Shown: piece after piece, positions 49,055-57,338 of the stretch
Position numbering within the stretch: position 1 is the first letter of the stretch
How the letters are laid out: each line of letters opens with the position of its first letter
Source: a virus
IMG/VR virus record: IMGVR_UViG_3300044630_004815
Span: 6,210 to 70,209 of that record
DNA: 64,000 nucleotides
Reading direction: 5' to 3' (one strand)
Notes under the pieces: model-generated
The model's database searches: none
Seen by the model: only the letters and a program-made list of their open reading frames with translations
Told to the model about the DNA's origin: nothing
Program-made: the position numbers and the translations under genes

Positions 49055-49282
49055 TTATTCTCCGCAATGCAATGATTGAATGTATACAATATCATCATAC
49101 AATGCATTACAATAATGATATTCTACCCATACTGATTCATCATTCATCCATTCATCTTTACTCATTGCATCATTATACTCTCTGAGTCTAAGCATTGATA
49201 GTCCTCGAATCACTCTATCAATATCACTGGGATGAAGAGTAATACGAATACCATTCTCAAACCTTACATAATCATCAGTCAT
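49055..49282 (-). CDS. Hypothetical protein
   Basis: 75-aa ORF, ATGACTGA start. Confidence 0.65.
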   Translation of the reverse strand: MTDDYVRFENGIRITLHPSDIDRVIRGLSMLRLREYNDAMSKDEWMNDESVWVEYHYCNALYDDIVYIQSLHCGE

Positions 49283-49840
49283 TTTGTTTGAAGAATTGCT
49301 TGTACAATGAGTAGAAGTTCATTACCATCTTGTGCTTTAGATAGTAATTTGATTTGTTCTTTTCTTTTCATATCAGTTAGACATTACCTTATAGAATAGA
49401 GACTGATAATTATCTACATCTAGATCATCTTCATAATCATTACCATCATAGAAAGAAAGAATGGTCTGTAGAACATTAAGTTCTTCAGGTGTGAATCGGA
49501 AAATCAATTCAGTCATCATTTGTTGATCAGAGTTTGAACTTCATCGAAAGACTTACACTGTCCTGCTTTAATTGCATTGGTGATGTTGTAAGTCACAAAT
49601 CCACATCGTTCAGTATTTGGATCACAGATTGCATATCCAGGTTGTTGAGTCTGAATATCGAAAACAGTTTTAATCAGCATTGTTAAATCAGAAATTGTGA
49701 AGATTCAGGGGCATACAAGAGATAAACTTGTAACCAGCAAGATTACCAAAGTTTTGAGTAGTTGCCTTATACTCAGATGTTGCAAGAATCGTTTTGGTGT
49801 GATTCGTATTGCAATGCTGATAGATGAACTTTTGAATCAT
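49279..49840 (-). other. Run of four micro-ORFs (49279-49371, 49373-49516, 49516-49680, 49688-49840)
   Basis: Manual translation gives abutting 30-54 aa ORFs. Confidence 0.6.
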
Positions 49841-49861
49841 TTGTGAATGAAAGAATAAAGA

Positions 49862-50035
49862 TCAAACAAGAGAGAGTGCATCTTTCTTTTGTTTTGGATT
49901 CTGTGTTTGTTTAATCCAAGTGGACTTGCGATTTGAATTGATCTGTGAAGGGAGTTTAGATTTACCTTGCACATCATTCACAAGTTGAATGAAATTGATA
50001 AAGAATTGCTTCTCCATCCGTTGCTGCGTGGTCAT
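49862..50035 (-). CDS. Hypothetical basic protein (start MTTQQR)
   Basis: Start placed downstream of the promoter at 50058-50086. Confidence 0.65.
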   Translation of the reverse strand: MTTQQRMEKQFFINFIQLVNDVQGKSKLPSQINSNRKSTWIKQTQNPKQKKDALSLV

Positions 50036-50057
50036 CTCTTGAGTCTGAACTTCGTTC

Positions 50058-50086
50058 ATCATAGCACGGATTGAGGGGTTTGTCAA
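50058..50086 (-). promoter_or_regulatory. Early sigma70 promoter
   Basis: TTGACA-N17-TATGAT with extended TG. Confidence 0.8.
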
Positions 50087-50145
50087 GGGGGTAACGGTTG
50101 TTCTACCTATCAGCATCCCTGATGGGTATAGAAACTGTGTTGTGA

Positions 50146-50325
50146 TTAAACTAATTCCCAGCGATAACCAGTTGAAAGACCATAATTATCAAAAATCACT
50201 GTGCGTTTGATAATGTTGGAATCAAGCATAGGTTGAATTGCTCGCATCCGTTGTGAATAATTTAGAATATCATTAGTATTTCCAATCTCTTCAAGAATTG
50301 CAGATTGTGCTTTAGTGAACTTCAT
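50146..50325 (-). CDS. Hypothetical protein, 59 aa (not in the ORF track)
   Basis: MKFTKAQSAILEEIG..., directly after a promoter cassette. Confidence 0.65.
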   Translation of the reverse strand: MKFTKAQSAILEEIGNTNDILNYSQRMRAIQPMLDSNIIKRTVIFDNYGLSTGYRWELV

Positions 50326-50347
50326 CTCTCATCTCTGAACTCCGTTC

Positions 50348-50406
50348 AGTCTATCATGCCAGAGGGGTCTGTGCTCATTTACTGTGCCACTAGAACAAGT
50401 GGCACA
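50348..50406 (-). promoter_or_regulatory. Palindrome-promoter cassette 1
   Basis: TGTGCCACT-N6-AGTGGCACA, 29 bp from TAGACT. Confidence 0.8.
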
Positions 50407-50418
50407 TGGTATAAGAGA

Positions 50419-50667
50419 CTAGAGTTGAGACAGCACCCACATCATCGCAGACACTTCCTGTTTATTATTCCATCCACTTACATCTTCAGTCATATTACCA
50501 TTGGGTCGAAAGATTGCAACCTCATAAGTATTGTCATTGATGTTACCATATAATCCACAAGCAGGAGGACCAGCAACTACGGAAATCTCCCAATCATTGC
50601 TGAACTTATATCTTGCTTGCACAGCATTAGGAATATTGTGCGGAACAAATGTAAGTTGATCAAACAT
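50419..50667 (-). CDS. Conserved phage hypothetical protein
   Basis: F.N.W.ISVV...GLYG...YEVAI pattern. Confidence 0.7.
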   Translation of the reverse strand: MFDQLTFVPHNIPNAVQARYKFSNDWEISVVAGPPACGLYGNINDNTYEVAIFRPNGNMTEDVSGWNNKQEVSAMMWVLSQL

Positions 50668-50672
50668 TGCCT

Positions 50673-50888
50673 TCATGCACAAACAGAATAGAGTTGATTA
50701 AACTTATATCCACCATCATCATCTTGTGCCTCATACACAATGACAGTTTCACCAGACAATTCTACACTCCAATCAAGTGCATTTTCTTTTGCATCATCTA
50801 CATCAGAATACCATTCCGCATCAATCAGATCAAAAGAAACAGGACAAGAAACAAACATTAAATCAGACTCGTGAATAAGGATTAGCAA
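50673..50888 (-). CDS. Acidic hypothetical protein
   Basis: ORF track; start may be MFVSCP. Confidence 0.65.
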   Translation of the reverse strand: MLILIHESDLMFVSCPVSFDLIDAEWYSDVDDAKENALDWSVELSGETVIVYEAQDDDGGYKFNQLYSVCA

Positions 50889-51111
50889 GTTGCGGAATTG
50901 TATTGAAATCTATAATCTCATACGGAATAGTATGATTGAGATAGTTATTGATCTCAAGATGCATCTCAACTCGATTGAGAAACTTCTTGGATTGTGTCTG
51001 ACCCATAAAGGTAAGAATCTTCAGACACCATTCTTTTGATACATCACCAAATGGTGTCTTGATTGGGTAGAAATCAACTACCATGTTGCCATCTTTAGAT
51101 TGAAGTTTCAT
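50863..51111 (-). CDS. Hypothetical protein
   Basis: 82-aa ORF in the operon. Confidence 0.7.
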   Translation of the reverse strand: MKLQSKDGNMVVDFYPIKTPFGDVSKEWCLKILTFMGQTQSKKFLNRVEMHLEINNYLNHTIPYEIIDFNTIPQLANPYSRV

Positions 51112-51114
51112 AAT

Positions 51115-51561
51115 TCAATACTCAGTGTCAAAAACAAAACCATTGTTATAAACACAACCGAGATTCTCGAAAGTGTTTTCCCAATCAATCTCAACAAAAG
51201 AAGGGAACTCAACAGAATAACAATCAGTCACATAGTTTTCTGCATACTGTGCTTTAGAATCCCATTCTCCACGGTAAGCATCCATAAATCCACCAAGTTC
51301 ATCAACACCAAACTCTTCAATGAAAGTATCTACTGCATTGTAAGAGTAAGTTTCACCTGCATCGACATACTCATCATAATGAGCACAGAAAGAATCAACA
51401 CCGTGTTCTTGAATGAACTCAAGCATATCATCAATGTAGAAGTTTTCATCAATGAAATCTTGAATCTGATCTACTACCATTTCATCGAGAACTTGCTTAT
51501 AGTTCTCACTGGTAAGATCAGAGTAATCTACAGTTTCTTTCACGTTCGGAAGGGAGATCAT
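51115..51561 (-). CDS. ArdA-like antirestriction (DNA mimic) protein
   Basis: Very acidic; C-terminal DAYRGEWDS..QYAE...P.FVEIDWE...NGFVF resembles the ArdA C-terminus. Confidence 0.6.
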   Translation of the reverse strand: MISLPNVKETVDYSDLTSENYKQVLDEMVVDQIQDFIDENFYIDDMLEFIQEHGVDSFCAHYDEYVDAGETYSYNAVDTFIEEFGVDELGGFMDAYRGEWDSKAQYAENYVTDCYSVEFPSFVEIDWENTFENLGCVYNNGFVFDTEY

Positions 51562-51584
51562 TGGTTTCTTTCGATTACTCCGTA

Positions 51585-51643
51585 ATCATAGCATGGCAGG
51601 GAGCACTGTGCTCATTTACTGTGCCACTAGAACAAGTGACACA
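51585..51643 (-). promoter_or_regulatory. Palindrome-promoter cassette 2
   Basis: TGTGCCACT-N6-AGTGACACA, 29 bp from TATGAT. Confidence 0.8.
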
Positions 51644-51839
51644 TCTCATCATTGGACTCACTGGTGCTTCCATTAACATCATCAAACCAAGTGTCGAGTG
51701 AGTTAAAGATTTCAGTTACAATAGAATCAGTAATTGAATCAATGTGTGGTTCTGAATTGTGCTTAAATGCACGTTGGTATCCATACCTTACACCTTCTTC
51801 AATTGCCATTTCTAATACGGCACGGAACTTAGGTTTCAT
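51627..51839 (-). CDS. Hypothetical protein
   Basis: 70-aa ORF (LE.AIEEGV.YGY.RAFKH). Confidence 0.7.
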   Translation of the reverse strand: MKPKFRAVLEMAIEEGVRYGYQRAFKHNSEPHIDSITDSIVTEIFNSLDTWFDDVNGSTSESNDEMCHLF

Positions 51840-51973
51840 TTGACGTTTTGTTTTGCAGTTTCTTGATAGTATGCCTTAAACATTTTATCATCACGTTGAA
51901 TCAGAAATGAATTCCAACCAACAATAAAAGTAAAAGCAATCAGTCCTGCAACGAGATACTTACGATTCATCAT
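51836..51973 (-). CDS. Small membrane protein, 45 aa
   Basis: MMNRKYLVAGLIAFTFIVGWNSFLIQRDD...; ATGA overlap. Confidence 0.6.
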   Translation of the reverse strand: MMNRKYLVAGLIAFTFIVGWNSFLIQRDDKMFKAYYQETAKQNVK

Positions 51974-51976
51974 AGT

Positions 51977-52183
51977 TTAATTCACAGCAAGGACAAGATG
52001 AGCAACTCGATTCTCAGGAACAAACTCCTGAAGTTTATCATTGATAGTATAAAATTGATTCTGCATGTTGAAATAATACATTGCAAGACCAGAATCACAT
52101 GCATTCTCTGCCTGAGATAGTTTTATCTCAAGAGCAGCAATAATATCAAGCAACTCACCAGATGTGAAAGAAATAGAAGTCAT
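51977..52183 (-). CDS. Hypothetical protein
   Basis: 68-aa ORF. Confidence 0.65.
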   Translation of the reverse strand: MTSISFTSGELLDIIAALEIKLSQAENACDSGLAMYYFNMQNQFYTINDKLQEFVPENRVAHLVLAVN

Positions 52184-52461
52184 TTAACGTCAAAAATGTC
52201 GAACAGTTCTCGTTGTGTTTGAGTGAATAGTGTATCCTCTGGAGGATAATTGTAGAGTTCCAACTCAAACTCTTTGTAGAAGTAAAGAATGTCTCGCAGA
52301 GCAATCAATTGCTTCTCACTCAAAACTTCTTCGATTGTCAGTACAGTATCAAGCATAGTTTCAGTAATCAGTTCCATCGTTTTGACATTGTTGAATCCAG
52401 TAAGAATAGGCAGGAAAGTTTTGTGGATGATCTCGATCCCTGCTATACCAATTAAATGCAA
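52180..52461 (-). CDS. Hypothetical acidic protein (start likely MELITE)
   Basis: ORF track; ATGA overlap with the next gene. Confidence 0.6.
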   Translation of the reverse strand: MHLIGIAGIEIIHKTFLPILTGFNNVKTMELITETMLDTVLTIEEVLSEKQLIALRDILYFYKEFELELYNYPPEDTLFTQTQRELFDIFDVK

Positions 52462-52530
52462 GATTCACTCTGTTCTCTGGAATCCGCAAATAAGGAATGG
52501 AAGACAAATGTGGAATGTAAGTCACCTTTT

Positions 52531-52608
52531 CTTTGCTTGTGTCCCTGTATTATAGGGCATCAGGGGGCACTGTGCTCATTTAGTGTGCCACTAGAACAAG
52601 TGGCACAT
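52531..52608. repeat. 78-bp direct repeat copy A (palindrome-promoter cassette 3)
   Basis: Identical to 55179-55256; contains TATAAT and the palindrome 29 bp away. Confidence 0.9.
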
Positions 52609-53846
52609 CATACACACAACTCACCCCTCACAAAGATAGCATTTACCACACTTTCAAGTTGACGAGCAATCTTGTCACCATAGTTATTCTGCACAGGAAC
52701 AGTAATAGTGCCAAATGGTTTCTTATAAAATGCAAACTCACCTGCCTTCATCTTACCATCTGCAATTGCTTTACGGTCATCCTTGTTCATACGAATCACA
52801 CGACCAATAGTTTGTGCCATCTCAATGATAGGAAGATTGCGAAGCATAATGCAATGAGTCAGACCGTGAACATTCATACCCTCAGACAAGATGCTGTAAT
52901 GAAATACAATGAACTTCTTATCAGGATCAGCACCAAACTCATTCATCTTGTCAAAGAATACTTCACGAGACACTTTCTGTTTGTCGATATAAGCACCATG
53001 CTTAGAAGTGATGTGCATAATTGTATAACCCATATCATTGAGTTGTTGAAGCAGATCACTCTCAGTAAACATTGCCCAGATTACTTTAGTGCTAGGAGCA
53101 GCAACAAGAACCTTAGGAACAGTATTCTCATCAATCTCTGAAAGAATACCAACAATGTTCTCTGCATCTACAAATGCAGCATTTTCCTTTGTGCGAATCG
53201 TTTGTGCTTCATAAGGCACAATCTTAGGAGGAATGATGCTGCCAGCATCAATCAGTTCTTGTGCAGGAATAGAGATAATCTTCTCACCATACACATCAGT
53301 ATTGTTCATCGACTCCTTGTTATTGTTGAACTTAGGAGTCGCAGTGAAGAAATAAGCATTGTCTGCAACTGCAGATGTATGAGCAATACCTACAAAGTTA
53401 GATGGTTTCACACAATGGTGTGCTTCATCGAAATACACAATATCAATTTCAATGTTTGCTTCATTCACACGACCAATCGAATTGTAAGTGGTGAAGATAA
53501 AGTGATGCTTTCCACTTCCGATTGCAGTGTCATTGTATTCTGCAATGACAGATGAACGTGTAGAGGATTGATGATGAGTTTCTCCACTATGAACGTGCAT
53601 GTAAGAAACATTTTGGTCTTCGAGATAGTCTTCGAACTCTGAACAGAGTTGATTTGCAAGAAGAATACGAGGTGCGACAACAACAATCGTCAGAGGATTA
53701 TCTGCGATTGCAAGTCGATATTTTACATCTTCCATCATTACGACAGTTTTACCACCACCAGTAGGAATATAAACTGTTCCCTTGGAATGTTCTTTAATGG
53801 CATCAAGAGTGCGTTGTTGATAAGGAAGGAGAGTCAGCATCAGCAA
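52608..53846 (-). CDS. Superfamily 2 DEAH helicase (ResIII-like)
   Basis: L.PYQ, PTGGGKT, APRILLANQL, DEAHH, TATP, LSEG.N and QTIGRVIR motifs. Confidence 0.9.
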   Translation of the reverse strand: MLMLTLLPYQQRTLDAIKEHSKGTVYIPTGGGKTVVMMEDVKYRLAIADNPLTIVVVAPRILLANQLCSEFEDYLEDQNVSYMHVHSGETHHQSSTRSSVIAEYNDTAIGSGKHHFIFTTYNSIGRVNEANIEIDIVYFDEAHHCVKPSNFVGIAHTSAVADNAYFFTATPKFNNNKESMNNTDVYGEKIISIPAQELIDAGSIIPPKIVPYEAQTIRTKENAAFVDAENIVGILSEIDENTVPKVLVAAPSTKVIWAMFTESDLLQQLNDMGYTIMHITSKHGAYIDKQKVSREVFFDKMNEFGADPDKKFIVFHYSILSEGMNVHGLTHCIMLRNLPIIEMAQTIGRVIRMNKDDRKAIADGKMKAGEFAFYKKPFGTITVPVQNNYGDKIARQLESVVNAIFVRGELCV

Positions 53847-53862
53847 TCAATTCAATAGGACT

Positions 53863-53920
53863 ATTATAGCACCTTCTGGGTGCCTGTGGGGAGTTTATGG
53901 TCAGTGCTACAAGTGGCACA
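53863..53920 (-). promoter_or_regulatory. Palindrome-promoter cassette 4 (degenerate)
   Basis: ATGGTCAGT-N6-AGTGGCACA, 28 bp from TATAAT. Confidence 0.7.
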
Positions 53921-53936
53921 TAGTATAGTAAATAAG

Positions 53937-54008
53937 AGCCCCCGATCTGATTCGAACAGACGACCAATGGTTTACAAAACCATTGCTCTACCACTGAGCT
54001 ACAAGGGC
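53937..54008 (-). tRNA. tRNA-Thr(UGU)
   Basis: Cloverleaf: GCCCTTG/CGGGGGC acceptor, ATGGT-TTTGTAA-ACCAT anticodon arm, GTTCGAATC T loop; no encoded CCA. Confidence 0.95.
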
Positions 54009-54023
54009 ATAAAATTATTTGAT

Positions 54024-54338
54024 TTATTTATCCCAGTTTGACCAAATAAACCACAGAATCAAACCAATTCCACCAAATAGTAGAATATACTTCCAAGCAA
54101 AGATAATGAATGCAATTAACAGTAAACCTAGAATACCTGCACCATCCATAGAATCTGATGATGAACTATTGCTATCATCAGATGATTGTGATCTATAGCA
54201 GGGAGTTGCATTTAATAGTTTACCACCAGTGCTAGATTCTGCAATGCTTTTTGCATCATTATAATTATATGCCTCAACTGTCAAGTGTTGAAGATAGTTT
54301 GAAGGCATACGAACGGTACAATCCCATTCATTCATCAC
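54024..54338 (-). CDS. Membrane protein with a Ser-rich linker
   Basis: C-terminal hydrophobic helices. Confidence 0.7.
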   Translation of the reverse strand: MMNEWDCTVRMPSNYLQHLTVEAYNYNDAKSIAESSTGGKLLNATPCYRSQSSDDSNSSSSDSMDGAGILGLLLIAFIIFAWKYILLFGGIGLILWFIWSNWDK

Positions 54339-54472
54339 ATAAACTCCATCATATAATAATCAACAGTAACTTCAAGAAATGCTGCTTTCATTTCAATTTC
54401 CATTGCATACTCATCTGCAATTTGTTCATCATCATTACTTTCACAGAAGAGATCGAGAGTAGATTCGTGCAT
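54335..54472 (-). CDS. Small acidic protein, 45 aa
   Basis: MHESTLDLF...EVTVDYYMMEFM. Confidence 0.65.
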   Translation of the reverse strand: MHESTLDLFCESNDDEQIADEYAMEIEMKAAFLEVTVDYYMMEFM

Positions 54473-54513
54473 TTTGTTTTGTTGAAAAATAGTATTAATA
54501 ATGAACTTAAACA

Positions 54514-54894
54514 TTAAAACTGAATTGGTTCAAGAGTTGGTTCAGGAAATCCAAACTCAACAGGAGAAACTTCTTCAAGTTCATTTGTATCTGGATTCTG
54601 CCTATAGGTGTGCAAAGAACCCTCTAGAGTATTATTAAGAGACTCATTCACCTTTTCATCTTGGACAGACTCATTATACTCAGTTTCTTGAGTGTTGTCA
54701 ACTACATCAAAGATGATGAGATTGATACAAGCATCTTTAGCATCTTTGAGTGTCTTTGTAACATGCTGAGGAGTGTCTACAACATCAGTTACAATCCACT
54801 TAGCAGCAGATGCTTTACGAATGAATCCAACAGTATTAGAATCCTTTTGGACTTCGTAGATACCAGCAGACAGACGAGGGAAAGTGAAAGTCAT
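54514..54894 (-). CDS. Hypothetical protein
   Basis: 126-aa ORF. Confidence 0.7.
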   Translation of the reverse strand: MTFTFPRLSAGIYEVQKDSNTVGFIRKASAAKWIVTDVVDTPQHVTKTLKDAKDACINLIIFDVVDNTQETEYNESVQDEKVNESLNNTLEGSLHTYRQNPDTNELEEVSPVEFGFPEPTLEPIQF

Positions 54895-54930
54895 AATGAA
54901 GAAGTGTGAATTGATTAAGTTGAATGTGAA

Positions 54931-55170
54931 TCAGCAGTATTCGGGAAGAATACAGAAAGAAGCACAGAAACTACGAACCCAGTTCAAGGTATCAGCATAG
55001 CAACGTGGTTCAGACATTACCATACTTGTATCCTTGCGAGGATTGTAAGCAACAGCAACATAACTGTAGAAATCAGGAGATTGTTCAATCTCTTGAATCC
55101 ACATTTGATTCACATTACCAACTTGCCAATCCCAACGGGACACGGTGTAGTGAAAAACATCAAGAACCAT
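54931..55170 (-). CDS. Hypothetical protein
   Basis: 79-aa ORF immediately after a promoter cassette. Confidence 0.7.
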   Translation of the reverse strand: MVLDVFHYTVSRWDWQVGNVNQMWIQEIEQSPDFYSYVAVAYNPRKDTSMVMSEPRCYADTLNWVRSFCASFCILPEYC

Positions 55171-55178
55171 CTGGTTTC

Positions 55179-55256
55179 CTTTGCTTGTGTCCCTGTATTA
55201 TAGGGCATCAGGGGGCACTGTGCTCATTTAGTGTGCCACTAGAACAAGTGGCACAT
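55179..55256. repeat. 78-bp direct repeat copy B (palindrome-promoter cassette 5)
   Basis: Identical to 52531-52608. Confidence 0.9.
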
Positions 55257-55260
55257 GGCA

Positions 55261-55443
55261 TCACTTTGTGGACTCTTTCATCAAAGATATTCTATCCAAT
55301 TGATTTGGATAAACTAAAATGCAGACATCTCTTACTTTAGAATCAAATCTAGCAATACACACAGTAATATAATCCTCAGAAATAAATCTAACTGTTCCTG
55401 GGATTCCTTTGTAATAAACTTCTAATCCTTCTGAGATTACCAT
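55261..55443 (-). CDS. Small SH3-like hypothetical protein
   Basis: G..V.YKG..G.V.F....YIT.C pattern. Confidence 0.65.
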   Translation of the reverse strand: MVISEGLEVYYKGIPGTVRFISEDYITVCIARFDSKVRDVCILVYPNQLDRISLMKESTK

Positions 55444-55449
55444 ATCATA

Positions 55450-55668
55450 CTAATTTGGCAAATTGCAATATGTATAAGTTTGTTTTGGTTCTAAGAAATC
55501 ATCACCAAAATCAGAAGATTTGCAAATGTTTTTGATCTTTTTTGCTTTGTTATAAAAGGTTTCAAGATCTTTAATAATTTCATCCAAATCATCATCAGTG
55601 TTTCCAAGTAGTGCATCATTGATTCTATCAAATGCAGCAGATGTTTGTAGAGTATGATTGAATATCAT
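55450..55668 (-). CDS. Hypothetical protein
   Basis: 72-aa ORF. Confidence 0.65.
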   Translation of the reverse strand: MIFNHTLQTSAAFDRINDALLGNTDDDLDEIIKDLETFYNKAKKIKNICKSSDFGDDFLEPKQTYTYCNLPN

Positions 55669-55790
55669 TTTATCACCTCAAGTTTGCGTTTGATATGTTG
55701 CAATGCTTGCTTTCTTGCTTTAAGTCTTGCTTTACAAGTTCCTTTGGTATTCTTTTGTTTACCTGAGTTGTGTTGCCAATTTGGAGTCAC
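55665..55790 (-). CDS. Small basic protein, 41 aa (GTG start)
   Basis: MTPNWQHNSGKQKNTKGTCKARLKARKQALQHIKRKLEVIK; AGGA RBS. Confidence 0.6.
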   Translation of the reverse strand: MTPNWQHNSGKQKNTKGTCKARLKARKQALQHIKRKLEVIK

Positions 55791-55812
55791 TGTTCTTTCC
55801 TTGTGTTCTTAC

Positions 55813-55871
55813 ACTATAGCACACTCACCTTCTATGGGGTGAATGTGGTGGACACTTGCAAGAGTGGCACT
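55813..55871 (-). promoter_or_regulatory. Palindrome-promoter cassette 6
   Basis: GTGGACACT-N6-AGTGGCACT, 29 bp from TATAGT. Confidence 0.75.
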
Positions 55872-56346
55872 AGATGTAGACATACTCTTTCCACTCAGGA
55901 ACATTAGATTTATTTAGTGAGAAGATAATCTTGTTCACTGGTCTTTGTGGTTTCTTCATCAATTTCATTCCAGTGTGCTCAAGAAGTTTATCACTCTTCT
56001 TTGTATTGCAAGAACAACAAGCAACCACAAGATTTTCCCAAGTATCTTCACCACCACGAGATTTGGGAATAATATGGTCAATTGTGAGTGATCGAGTAGA
56101 TCCACAATATTGACATTTATTATCGTCACGTTTGTAAATCATTGCTCTGCTTGGACGATCTTGCATTAGTGTTTCATATGGCAACTTAATGTAATTGACT
56201 AATCGAATCACTCTCTTACCGAGTGCTTGTGCTTTATTTTTGAGTAGCAAAACTACTGCTCTTTTCCAATCACAAAAATTGAGAGGTTCAAAACTTGCGT
56301 TTAGAACAAGTATAGTTTGATTTGGTTCAATTTTTAAGTAGTCCAT
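55870..56346 (-). CDS. HNH endonuclease (McrA/COG1403 bacterial type)
   Basis: LVLNASFEPL, RD..KCQYCG, LTIDHIIPKSRGG..TWENLV..C..CN.KK motifs. Confidence 0.92.
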   Translation of the reverse strand: MDYLKIEPNQTILVLNASFEPLNFCDWKRAVVLLLKNKAQALGKRVIRLVNYIKLPYETLMQDRPSRAMIYKRDDNKCQYCGSTRSLTIDHIIPKSRGGEDTWENLVVACCSCNTKKSDKLLEHTGMKLMKKPQRPVNKIIFSLNKSNVPEWKEYVYI

Positions 56347-56395
56347 CGACCTTTTGCGTGTTTATAAGATGAAGAGATTCTAACTCCCTCAGTAT

Positions 56396-57166
56396 CTAGA
56401 TGTCAAAGAATTTATCTGGATTGAATCCAGTATTTTGACCAGGATACCCACCAGGATTACAAATTACATTACACTGTTCAATCATATAATCAAAGTGATT
56501 GTGAGTGTGACCATGAACCCAGTATTTAATTTGTGGATGATTGATAATTATCTCATCAAGATTACTACAATAAGCACCGTTAGCATGTTTCTTGTATTCT
56601 TGAGGAACCGATTGATAACTCGGAGAATGATGACTGATAACAAATACATTGTCATTCAGTGTTTGTAATTGATTCAGTAGATACTTCTTACTTTCCTTAT
56701 GAAATGCAAGAGTATCATCTGCTCTCAATTTACGATACTTACCACCAATACGAATGACTTTGTAATCATTCATATTGCACTCTGCTTCCATCATCTCTAG
56801 AGCATTTTCATTACGAAAATCAGTCCAAAGTGTGAAACCAATAAAGTTCCAGTTGTTGATAGTTATTGTGTCATTATCAAGAAGATGAAAATTATGAGGG
56901 AGATTCTCTTTTATTTTCTTCTTTGCCCCTTCATAATTGTATCCATAGAACTCGTGATTTCCCATCACATAAAGAACTTTATCATAATTCTTATTGCAAT
57001 CATTTAAGAATCTATCATAGACTGCATGAATATATCCATCAGTCTTAAAATGCTTGGCACAAAGAATGTCTCCAGCAAGAACTAGAACATCACCTTCACC
57101 AACATCAAAGATTTGACAGGCAGTAAAATGTTCAAGATGTAAATCACTAAGAACTTTAAGTTTCAT
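56396..57166 (-). CDS. Calcineurin-like metallophosphoesterase
   Basis: SDLH, LAGD, GNHE, TLWTD, HH.PS and HGHTH motifs. Confidence 0.92.
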   Translation of the reverse strand: MKLKVLSDLHLEHFTACQIFDVGEGDVLVLAGDILCAKHFKTDGYIHAVYDRFLNDCNKNYDKVLYVMGNHEFYGYNYEGAKKKIKENLPHNFHLLDNDTITINNWNFIGFTLWTDFRNENALEMMEAECNMNDYKVIRIGGKYRKLRADDTLAFHKESKKYLLNQLQTLNDNVFVISHHSPSYQSVPQEYKKHANGAYCSNLDEIIINHPQIKYWVHGHTHNHFDYMIEQCNVICNPGGYPGQNTGFNPDKFFDI

Positions 57167-57180
57167 TGTTATAAAAATAA

Positions 57181-57254
57181 CGGGTTAGGAGGGACTCGAA
57201 CCCCCGACCAATTCATTAGAAGTGAATTGCTCTATCCATCTGAGCTACTAACCC
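57181..57254 (-). tRNA. tRNA-Arg(UCU)
   Basis: GGGTTAG/CTAACCC acceptor, ATTCA-CTTCTAA-TGAAT anticodon arm, GTTCGAGTC T loop. Confidence 0.95.
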
Positions 57255-57256
57255 AT

Positions 57257-57333
57257 AGACCCTCTGGTTTGTGCATTGTTAAGAGGCATAGAGGGTGTGG
57301 GACTTACTTAAAGTTTGGACCTTTAATGCCCCT
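57257..57333 (-). ncRNA. Two-hairpin structured RNA, abiF-like candidate
   Basis: GGGGC/GUCCC with UUAAAG/CUUUAA hairpin, then ACCCUCU/AGAGGGU with UGC/GCA hairpin; family call from memory only. Confidence 0.45.
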
Positions 57334-57338
57334 AGAAA

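Noticed and set aside
53803-53994. 63-aa minus-strand ORF
   Set aside because: It is a translation of tRNA-Thr and a promoter cassette
55870-56346. HNH as a mobile homing endonuclease or Cas9/IscB relic
   Set aside because: Only 158 aa, with no RuvC motifs or extra DNA-binding domain, and not inserted in a conserved gene
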